A stretch of DNA of 38,122 bases from Octopus bimaculoides. Lineage: Eukaryota. The notes beneath the pieces were generated by a model. The model made no database searches and had not been told where the DNA came from. It saw only the letters and a program-made list of their open reading frames with translations. This document shows positions 24,471 through 34,900 of the stretch, one piece after another. Where the stretch lies: assembly GCF_001194135.2 (NCBI RefSeq), contig NC_068987.1, positions 21,320,449 to 21,358,570 on the forward strand. Direction: 5' to 3'. Position 1 is the stretch's first letter; the number at the start of each line of letters is the position of its first letter. The position numbers and the translations under genes are program-made.

Positions 24471-24546
24471 CAAGTTCATAAAGCTTGTTATTGTGTGAAA
24501 TCAATGTAATAAAGTGACGGACCACTGCTTGGTCACGTGGAGGGGC
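24471..24546 (-). CDS. UCHL3: UCHL3-like exon (76 bp) with catalytic His
   Basis: Acceptor cttcttcag, donor gttagt. Encodes APPRDQAVVRHFITLISHNNKLYEL plus the first base of the catalytic Asp codon; HF...LYELDG is the Peptidase C12 signature. Confidence 0.95.
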
Positions 24547-25257
24547 CTGAAGAAGGGAAGAAGAAATTAAAAAATATATATACCTATTTATATAGCAGAA
24601 AGACTAATAAACAACACAAGGTGGCTTAATGCATATATTTACATGGTTTACAAAATATAGAAAAAGGAAAACAGAAATATATCAAACAAAAGGAGTTATG
24701 TAATAGTCTCATCTTGAAAGATCTTTCAGGTGCACCAAGGTTTATGCCATAATCACATTCAGAAAGACTCATGGTATCATAGATGTAGCGAATCTTTGAT
24801 GCCAGAGGTCTTAAATGAAGGAGTAGGAATTTAAGTTCTCAATAGTCTGAACACTACTCTGTGGCCATATCTACTAGCAAGTTTTAACACTATATACCAA
24901 CCCAGCTGAGATTGTCTGGTACACCCAATTATACGTAGATTAACCTTTTGTAACCATATTTCTGCTGAAATACACCGTCTTTCTTTCAAATAATTTTGAA
25001 AATAGTGAAGAATTTAGTAAAATAAATTTGTGTTTGGAACACAAATTCACTTGAGATTTTGATAGAAAGTTTAAATTTCAATCGATTAAAAACAAAAACT
25101 TTGTATTAAAGAACCAGGAGTTCCCCAGGCAGGTCAGTATCACTAGGATTAAATTGAAATCTTCGTAATAATCTTGTTACAAGATAAATTATATTGTGAG
25201 ATTTCCAATGTATCAGCACCAACAGATATATAAAACTACAAATATTTTATTAAAGCA

Positions 25258-25543
25258 GTTCTATATTTAAGAGATGAGGAATTATGTACATTATTTACAA
25301 TTGACGGATATTTGTCCTCATCTTGTCTGTTGTTAACACAACGTTTCGGCTGATATACCCGCCAGCCTTCATCAGGTGTCTTGGGGAAATTTCGAACCTG
25401 GGTTCTCATTCCTAAGGTATTTTTTTGATATTGTTATTATTAGTATTATTATTCAGGTCACTGCCTGGAATCGAACTCAGAATCTTGGGGTTAGTAGCCC
25501 GCGCTCTTAACCCCAAGATTCGGAATTCGATTCCAAGCAGTGA

Positions 25544-25585
<42 letters not shown>

Positions 25586-25744
25586 CAACAACAACAACAA
25601 CATCGAAAAATATACCTTAGGAATGAGAACCCAGGCTCGAAATTTCCCCAAGACACCTGATGAAGGCTGGGGGGTATATCAGTCGAAACACTTAACAACA
25701 AACAAGATGAGGACAAATATCCGTCAATTATAAATAATGTACAT
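25258..25744. mobile_element. Head-to-head fusion of two tRNA-headed SINEs with Penelope-like tails
   Basis: Minus copy 25512-25258 and plus copy 25508-25744. Both have a B-box-like gttcgattcc/attcgattcc, an (AAT)n tract and a CTGATGA...GAAAC tail motif. Confidence 0.8.
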
Positions 25745-27082
25745 TTTATTAAAGGTTCCTCAAAATCTTGATAATTAATCAAATATAATAGTGTCAGGAA
25801 AGGACTAAAACAAAACCCTTTCCAATGTTCATAACTTATGGTGTGAGAGGACATACCTCAGCACCAGTGGGTATTGGGCTTGGCATCAATTCTCAGATCA
25901 AGCAACTGACTGAGTTCTTGAGCCAGGTCTTCATTTCATGTTGCTACAACATGGCAACAGTTAAGAGGTTACCCCTGCATTAGACTGGTGTTCTATTCAG
26001 GCAAGACTGTTGTTTCAAATGATTAAAAACTACAGAAATTGGTTTAACCTCTGGCTTAAATAGGCTTGATGGCTCAAGACAGACTAACTTAATCCTTTGC
26101 CTAGCCAAAGCATTTTCATAAGTTTGTCCTACATGTCCATGCTTGTTTTCAGATTTTTAGTGAGCCCTTGATTCATATGTTTTGAGGAAATTAAAGATTT
26201 CCTTTCAAAAGTCGCGAGTTACACTGGTGGGTGAAAAACATAGGGAATGTGTATCATATAGGATACAAGAACACCATGGAAATATGACCTGTGCTTCATG
26301 TGATACAAAGGACAAACAAAAAGCTGATGAGACAGCCTTTGAGCAATAAACTTCACTCTTTCTCACACACACATTTTATTATGACTATCTCTTCTGGATA
26401 TCCAACAGACAAATTATATAATTCAGTTACTTGGATAACAATCACAGTAAGTGACCAAAGAATTTCCTCAGCTTCTAAGTGAAAAATTTTCTTTGTGTGT
26501 GTGTGTGTGTGTGTGTGTGTTTCTTAATCAGTAGAAGAACAGCAGCACTTACACACTTTCCTGATCCTTTGAGACATGAGAGAGAAAAAATTACTTGTGG
26601 GTTATTGCTACAATAGGCAGCAGTATATCAGCATATTGGATAATCTATCCCTCAAACTTGGATCAAATCTTTGCAAGAGACTGAACTCCACTGAAGACCC
26701 CCACCTAATACAAGAGGTCAAGTGGTGGTGCTAAACCACATAATGGTTTACGCTACAACTTATGAACCAGCATAATCCAGACAAGCTTTTTACATGAAAC
26801 AAAACACTTGTTCTCTCTGTGACCCAATTATCCAGCATTGTTCAAGGCTGTCTTTAATTTCACCGGATCATTTTCAAGAGGACATTTTTTTTTTCCAGAG
26901 CACTTCTGAGCACTTACCATTCTTGTAACTAGAGACACACCTCTTCTAGGTAGGGACATGTCATATAAATACAGAAAGCTTAACTAGGTCATTTAGTGAC
27001 ATACCAACACAACCACTCTTACTGAATTAACTCGGAAGCAAAAGAATTCAAAACACCCTCATTTATTGCACACACACACACA

Positions 27083-27253
27083 CTGTTTTAGCTGAAGACT
27101 GGACAAAAATTCCTCTGGGAACAATTCAAACTTTGTACGAGTCCATACCTCGTAGAATTCAAGCTGTAATTACTGGCAAAGATGGTCCTACCCCATATCA
27201 AAATAAATTTGTTTGGAATTTTATGGTGTTTCTATTATTTTGTCCAACCCCTG
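27083..27253 (+). mobile_element. Tc1 3' end fragment
   Basis: VLAEDWTKIPLGTIQTLYESIPRRIQAVITGKDGPTPY, followed by the TIR-like end ttttgtccaacccctg and TA. Confidence 0.8.
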
Positions 27254-27503
27254 TATATATGCATATACATATATAGATAAGCAAACACATATATATGCAA
27301 ATATATACATATATATAAGCATACACGTATATGCATATTTACATAAGCATACACATATGCATGCATATATATGTATATATATACATGCACATATGCATAT
27401 ATGAGCATATACACATATATAAAGAATACATATATAAGGATATATATAAGTATATGCATATATATATATAAGCATATATATGCATATATACACATATTCA
27501 TGC

Positions 27504-27535
<32 letters not shown>

Positions 27536-27622
27536 GCATATATGTGTATATATGCACATAAACACTCAGTTTTAGTGCTTACAACACTCAGCTATAAAAA
27601 AAGTCTTCAAATTATTACATAC

Positions 27623-27670
27623 CTGAGTTTGCCCTTCCTGAGCACAATCTTCATGGACTACGCCCATTTC
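27623..27670 (-). CDS. UCHL3: UCHL3-like exon (48 bp), start of crossover loop
   Basis: Acceptor ttctctctcttag, donor gtatgt. Encodes [16 protein letters not shown] with the H-E-x-x-A-x-EGQT motif of UCH-L1/L3; in frame with both neighbours. Confidence 0.93.
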
Positions 27671-27734
27671 CTAAGAGAGAGAATAAATTAGCATAAATTA
27701 AAACAAAGCAAAACATATATACTGCAATTAACCA

Positions 27735-28010
27735 TCATGTGATGTATGCTGAATAGAACAAATATCCAAGAATGTCACCGGGAAGAATCACAAGGAAGAT
27801 TCTTGAAGTGAAACCAACCAAGAAGAGACCGAGGGGAAGACTAAGAACAAGTTAGTTGAATAATATCCAGTCTCAGTTAGTCATACTTAGGAATCCAGCT
27901 GGAGAGTCCAAAAATGGTTGCTTTTGCTAGGACCCTACAGAAGAGGTGCTTGATGACCATCCCCATGACACTTCCAGGAACAGCTGGTTGAGAAGAAGAA
28001 TGGATGTAAT
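27735..28010 (+). mobile_element. RTE-like LINE 3' fragment
   Basis: RMSPGRITRKILEVKPTKKRPRGRLRTS*LNNI resembles the RTE C-terminal GKRPRGRPRxRWxDxI motif. Confidence 0.6.
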
Positions 28011-28841
28011 CGCTAAGATGTGTTTGTTTGTTTTTAATAATGTTTTTTTCAAACTAACAATTTTTTTTCATATTATATTTACTGAGTCTGCAGGAAAGGA
28101 CAGTGCCCATAGCCTTCAGTGGCCCTTGTTAATGCTCCTAAATTAGTTGAAGCCTAAATTTTAATATTGATTTCAAAATTTGGCACAAGGCCAGCAATAT
28201 CAGGGTGGGGCTAAGTCGATTATATCAGCCCAAGTGTTCAACTAGTACATATTTTATCAACCCCAAAAGGATGACAGGCAGAGCTGACCTCGTCAGAATT
28301 TGAACTCAGAATGTAAAGACAGACACAATGCTGCTAGGTATTTTACTCATCATGGTAATGATTCCGCCAGCTTGTCACCTTAACCTAAATTCTAATATTA
28401 AATATGCTCTGTAATCATCATCATTGTCATTTTTTAATCTGCTTTTCCATGCAAGCATGGGTCATATGGAATTCACAAAGGCAGATTTTTCATGGCCAGA
28501 CGCTCTTCTTGTAACAAACCCTCACTTGTTTTCAAACAAGGTAAATATTTCTCTGTGACCAGGCATGTCTTCGAAGATTGGACATGAGGGACACTGCTTG
28601 TATGATGGTGACAACTACCACGTGATGTCAAGACAAGGAGACAAACATATACACACACACACACACATTATATATATATATATATATATATATACAAATT
28701 ATGAGTTAGAGGTTATGCAACAGACTAAGGGATAAATGTAACCATAGGCACTACTAGTGTATTACCTAACTATGTACAGGCCTTGCTATAAGGTTTACAC
28801 CAGTTGGTACTTTAAATGGTAAACCATGGTTTAATATATTC

Positions 28842-29159
28842 AGATAAGAAAAGAAATGGAGCAAAATCAACAATTAGAAGTTGATCATTGGTAATTAAAT
28901 GCTCATAGTTTAATTGTAGTTTAAGCTTAAAAACTTAACGAACCTTCTTTCATTTTCTTTTTCTCCTATCTATATTCATCCAATAAACTCTAAATCATTC
29001 TGACGATGTTTGTTACTTGGAACGAGATAATGCAAATTTACCTCAAAAATAAATTGAAACAGCTGTAAATGTTATTTTAACTACAATTAAACTATGACCA
29101 TTTAATACCAATGATCAACTTCTAATTGTGAATCGTTGCTCCATTTCTTTTCTTACCTA
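28842..29159. mobile_element. MITE-like inverted repeat
   Basis: aagaaaagaaatggagcaa...atagtttaattgtagtt (about 28846-28921) is the reverse complement of about 29078-29155; spacer about 150 bp. Confidence 0.75.
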
Positions 29160-29595
29160 TCTATCTATCTATATATATCTATATATATATATATATATCT
29201 ATATATATATATATATATATATTATATACATGTATAGTCTTTTGTTCCAGTCGTTTCACTGCAACCATGCTGTAGCACCATGCAGGACTTTTTTTTTTTA
29301 AAGCCTAGTACTTTAGCAAAGCATAGCACCCATTCAGCCACCCTGCCGGGGATACGGCGAAGTCATGAGACTGCAGCATGGTGGAGTGTGAAGAGGTAGC
29401 AGAAGAGCTCAGCTGAAACGACGGTGCTTCTTACATTGTTGTTGAGCCGAGGAATCCTAGAAAATCAATGGTCAGGATAACCAAGGTCTACCAAGAGAGT
29501 AATTGCAACGCATCCATACGGGTGTCATCCATGATTGTGTAACCATCTAATGAAAGCTTCACCATGATTTAAGCTCCCAATTCAAATTCATAATA

Positions 29596-29720
29596 CAGGG
29601 TGTCCACAAAGTCTGGGTACATGGGGATTAACACATACTTTAAGAAATAATTATTTCTTATATTTAATTGTTTGTTATGATTTTATTTACTCCATGTACC
29701 CAGACCTTGTGGACACCCTG
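29596..29720. mobile_element. Tc1-type MITE, 125 bp
   Basis: TIR CAGGGTGTCCACAAAGTCTGGGTACATGG and its near-perfect reverse complement, with TA on both sides (29594-29595 and 29721-29722). Confidence 0.9.
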
Positions 29721-29866
29721 TAGAATGATGGGAATCTGTGAAAGCAGCAGCCAAAATCAGAAAGGAAGGAAGGAAGGAAGAAAGAAAGAAACACCTTCGA
29801 GGCAGTGCCCTGGTATAGCTGCAATCCAATGACTGAAACAAGAAAAAAAAGGAAGAGATATATTAC

Positions 29867-29949
29867 CCGATTGTATTCAAGATACGAAGCTTTTTCTTCT
29901 GGGGTCATTGACTTGGTTTCTGCTATGAATTTCTTCATGTAACCATCAT
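29867..29949 (-). CDS. UCHL3: UCH-L1/L3-family deubiquitinase, first exon visible in the window (83 bp)
   Basis: Acceptor ...ttatacag, donor gtaata; phase 1 in, phase 0 out. Encodes (D)DGYMKKFIAETKSMTPEEKASYLEYNR, which resembles UCHL3 [28 protein letters not shown] (recalled from memory). Confidence 0.92.
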
Positions 29950-30416
29950 CTGTATAACAGAAAGACAAAAATAATTTTATTTTAATGTCTACTTTCTATG
30001 TTTACATGAATCAGAGGAAATTTGTTGGAGCAGATTTACTATGGCTAGACACCCTTCCTGTTACTCCACCTAGTCTTTTGAATATGAACAGCACAATGGG
30101 CAAATGTGTTTTCGTGGAAAAATTAAATGCAAACAAACAATCTCACTTGTCCGACAGCAACATTTGTTTACAATTAGCATGTAATGTCAAGATATGAACA
30201 CATATACACACACGTTTATACACCCACACGATAGACTTCTCTCAGTTTCCATCTACTAAATCCACTAACAAGATTTTGCTCAAACAAAAAGCTTGAAAAG
30301 TGAACTTTACAAAAACCAAAACAATAACTGCATGACACTTTGGGCAAGTGTTTCCTACTATAGCCTTGGGCCGAACAAAACATTGTGAGTGGTTTTGGTA
30401 GAGGGGAAACTGAAAG

Positions 30417-30486
<70 letters not shown>

Positions 30487-30491
<5 letters not shown>

Positions 30492-30690
30492 ATACAAATA
30501 ATAAATGAGTATATGCATATATACGTACATGTATGTACATACTTACATCTACCTGTATATATAGATGCATGTCTGGGTACAGGACATAGCAAACAAAGCG
30601 TAGACAAAATGATAAACGAGTACAGAAAACACACAGGCCACATAGAGAACATCTCCATCAGCTGCCCCCATTCTAACACAGGCGTTTCGA
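30487..30690 (-). repeat. Dispersed repeat, copy 2
   Basis: Direct match to 502-709; stops after gcgtttcga. Confidence 0.6.
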
Positions 30691-31648
30691 TATGTATGTA
30701 TGTATATATTTGTGTCGGTGTTTATCTCCGCACTCAAATGACTGAAACAAGTAAGAGTGTATCTGATAGTCTTGGACTAAGATGACACTTCCTAGAAGAT
30801 CTCAATACATTTTTAACAGAATCTGTGTAGTATAAATAACTAAATAAATGTTTATATTCAAACTTAACAGCTGGCACATGGGGTCTCTTATTACCATAGC
30901 ATCCTCAGAAATCAAACTATTCAAATCAGATTTAGCTATGATTACAAATAAATCAATAACAATAATTCAATAAAGGAAACAACCTAGATTGGAAGAAACT
31001 GTATCTGTCATATAGATCATATTTTGGCAATGATGCACTGATTTCTAAAAGGGATGTTTAAACATGGGTGTTAGAATTATCGAGTAACGGCATTAGTAAC
31101 AATCCTTTAACTTATTGCTGCCTCTGAAATTGCTGGCTTTGTGCCAAAATTTGAATTCAATATTTGTCCCAACTCTTTGAATGCTGAGTTCAAGTCCTAC
31201 AAAGGTCAATTTTGCCTTTTCCCTCCTTTGAGTTCAGCACAATATGTTTTCCAGCATACAAGTGGACATAGCATAATGTAAACATCCAAACATTCTCACT
31301 ATCTTTCAGAAATCCTGCTGCATTTCACACATTTTAAGGGCAGGAGGTGTCGGTTGACTATATTGACTTCCCTGTATTAGATTGGTACTATATCTCACTA
31401 ACCCTCAAAAGGATGCAAAGTAAAGTAAACCAGAGTAGGATTTGAACACAGAAACGTACAGAACAAAAGGATAATACTGCAAGGCATTTTTCTTCCCCAA
31501 TGCTCTGCTAATTTCTACCAACCCATCGCCCTATACAAGATTAGTAATAAGGAGAAGTCAACATGACACTTTACTAGTCTAATGGTTGAAATACAAAATA
31601 AAAGTAAAATCTTAATTATTTACACAATAATATTTGAAAATATACACT

Positions 31649-31990
31649 ATCACCATGCATTGACTAAGGTAAATAGTCTAATATTGGAGCATATAAGCCC
31701 TTGACGTAAAAAAAAGTAGAGATGTCCATATACATGGGACTTGAACCCATACCTCTATATTTTCGCAACAAGTGTGCTACCATTACACCAACGTACCCCT
31801 CGCTTCTTTCCATCAGATTTAAGTGTTGTTTTATAAACAAACAAATATATATCTAACGGTAGCACACTTGTCATGAAAACATAGAGGTGTTAGTTTGAAT
31901 CCCATGCATATGGACAACCCTAACTATTTTTCTGTTAAGGGCTTATATGCCCCAAAACTAGACACTTTGCTTTAGTCGATACACGGTGAT
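31649..31990. mobile_element. Divergent pair of tRNA-headed elements forming an inverted repeat
   Basis: Minus copy head ggggtacgttggtgtaatggtagcacac...gggttcaagtccc (A and B box, starting about 31799). Plus copy 31854-31990 is 5'-truncated. The arms align with many mismatches. Confidence 0.75.
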
Positions 31991-34900
31991 CACTTATTAG
32001 CTTTGAGCTTATAAAATAGTAATTATATATGTACATACACCCATATAATTAACAATACAATATTATTTAGTGTGATTGCTTAGTCATGAAATGGTTGACA
32101 AGCAATAAGTGGCTGAAATTAGAGTTAAGGTTTCAAGAAGAGATATGTGAGATATATTTGTATAATTCGTATTGAATTACACATAGATCGTAAAGCATAT
32201 TTCAAAATAGAATATAAATTTCAATTAATTTAGATGAAGTATTATAAAAACAACAAAAACAAAATATAAAGAGTGGGCGCTATTGTATGAAATTTAGTTA
32301 ATTTAATTGTTTAATAAGACCTTGTATTTAAGCATCTAAAAGTAATGATAAAGAAATCAAGGAATAAGATAATTTACTTCAATGAAAATATATAAAGAGT
32401 GGCTGCATCAAGAAGTCATTTACTAATTCTAATTTTGTGAGATTAATTCAATTGATGAATATCTAAACAATACTATCTTAAATTTGGCATGTTTACAGCA
32501 GTCTTTTATAACCTCATCTCAATTCTACCTTTGCTGACGAGGACAGAACACCACCAAAACTGGTCCCATGCTTGCCAGAAAAAACAAGTACTTTTTCTCT
32601 TCCTTAATAGCTATTTCTCATTAACCTCTCATTATTCAGCGTATAGCAATAAAACCTCCCCTATTTTACATGGGCATTGGCATGGCACTAGTGAAGTTAA
32701 GCAGATGGTAATATTGTCTTCATATAGCTAATGTTTTACAGCTTTTTTTTTTTCAGTTACCACCATGATTTGAACCAATGCACCCCGTGTATGGAGAGGA
32801 AATGTTTATCAAGAATGGTGAAACAGTTTGTGATTTTTTTTTGTCTTTCTTTGCATTCTCAACTATTATTTTCCATGTAGATGAACTTCAAATGATTTAA
32901 TTTCCAAACATTTCTACATCCCTAAATAAAATAATGTACAATCCCATACATTTACTCAATGATGAATAGATTACTATTTTATTCATTACTCTACTAATGA
33001 AGCCAAAATAAGACCAAAACATTCTTTGAGTTGTCTCCCAACTTCGTAGCTATTCAAATAAAAATCTGAAAAGAAAAATCTAGGTCACTGATATTTTTTC
33101 ACCTTGGTATATTTTTAGTTAAATTTTAATACCGCCCAGCAAAATATTCATTTTTACAGCCCAATACTCTTTCACATGTTAACCTTTAATGGCTTTTCAA
33201 ATAAAGGATCCCTTATTTCACCGGTTTTGAAGGATTGTTGACAGAGGAAATAACAGTGTGTGTGTGTGTGTATGTGTGTGTGTGTGCGCGCGCGCGCGTG
33301 AAGAATAAGGGTAAACAAGTTATACTTAAAGTTCCAACCCGTGCTTCATCATTGTGGTTGTTTGCCCTGTATCAAATTATCTGTAACTTGATACAATAAA
33401 GTGTTCTCTGGGGTTCTATTTGTGGTTATGCATCTATATCCATTTGGATCATCTATTGCAAGGCCTCAGACAACCATAGTGGTGAAATGCATGTAGAAAC
33501 TTTGATATAAACTTGCATTTATCCTTAATTTTCCCACATTTGCTCCTTAGCTCATAACCGATAATACTGCTCAGTATAGTAGTTAGTTGACTGGATTATG
33601 AAGATTTACAGAGCTCTAAACCTAACTGTAGCAGTCAAACATATACTTGTACACATAATATCTGCTATACATACATGCACACAATGTGAGAGGCTGCTTC
33701 TAGTTTGCCCTCTACGGAATCCACTCACAAGGATTTGGTTAGCCCAGGGCGATAGAAGACATATGCCCACAGAATGAAGCCAAAACCATGCTTGTGTCTA
33801 TATACATTAATACTAACTAAATTATTTTTTCTCCCTCAACACACTTATTACTCAAGATAGTAAGCATTACAAAACCAATACTAATTTAAATGGTATATTA
33901 TAAACCCTTCAAAGAGAAAATATTTAAATTCTCCCCTTACCTCTGTGTATGAAAAATATATATTAGCAACAGAGGCAGTATTAATAGCGATAGGTAATAC
34001 TTATCCCCAATTAAACGTGGATGTTCAGTTAGAACAAACTTTATAGCAGTAGTTACCATGAGAGAGACTCTCATATTAGCTTTCTGGTGCAAAATGCACT
34101 TGTGTTTATATAATTAACAAGGAGATAAATCCTTGCTATCTCCACTGCTGAGATCATGTGATTTCGACCATCTTTGGTTTTGTCAATGATGCGCTCATCT
34201 CCCCACCAGTGGTAACAATGCCAGAACAGGCGCTGGTGTCATGACAACCGTCACTAGCTTTGCCAATTAGGACTTGTTGCTGTTTAACCAGGGTTAAACA
34301 GCAATATGATCAACCACTTCACTCACATGTGACAAACCGATAAAAGGGTCACTGTGATCATTCAAGTCAATAGAGAAGTAACAACCAAATATCACTGCTG
34401 TCCTAAGTAATGGTTACAAACTTACTTAGGTCTCACATGAGTCCTAAGACTCACCAGGCTGGAGCTTAATCCTGTTTCCATGGCATGTAAATGGCTGAGA
34501 TTACAACACTCACTGGCACCTGAACAGGATGTTGCTCCACCACAGGCTCAACTTATCAGCTATTGGTGGAACTCATTTGCAGCCGAGTGGACTGGGGCAG
34601 TATTTTGTTCAAGAATACAGCATACTGCCTAGTCTGGGAATCAAAATCACAATCTCATGATTGAGTGCAATACCCTAACCACAAGGCCACTTTGATGATA
34701 TAGTCCGGGGTACACTATGCCAGATGGAAAAAAAAAGAGGACAAAAGTTTATAAAGGTAAACAACCGATTAAAACATTTTGTTATGAAATATCATGATAT
34801 CAATGCAATAATTGCAGGTGTTTTTGACGACCTTCATGCTTTGCCAGGCGAAACGGTTGTTTGCTCACTTGCTCTGTGAGTCATGTTTTGTTTTCTATAC

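Noticed and set aside
25425-25733. 102-aa poly-Asn ORF and its antisense poly-Leu/Tyr ORFs
   Set aside because: They come from the (AAT)n/(AAC)n tract within the fused SINE pair.
25856-25935. Possible UCHL3 exon ending GAG|gtatgt at about 25857
   Set aside because: No UCH similarity, an in-frame stop upstream, and the 48-bp exon at 27623-27670 already fills that position.
29395-29430. cagaagagctcagctgaaacg as a hammerhead core
   Set aside because: It lacks the exact CUGANGA box and has no credible stems.
34277-34304. 12-bp hairpin ttgctgtttaac-cagg-gttaaacagcaa
   Set aside because: Too short for a pre-miRNA, has no supporting context, and is expected occasionally by chance or as transposon debris.
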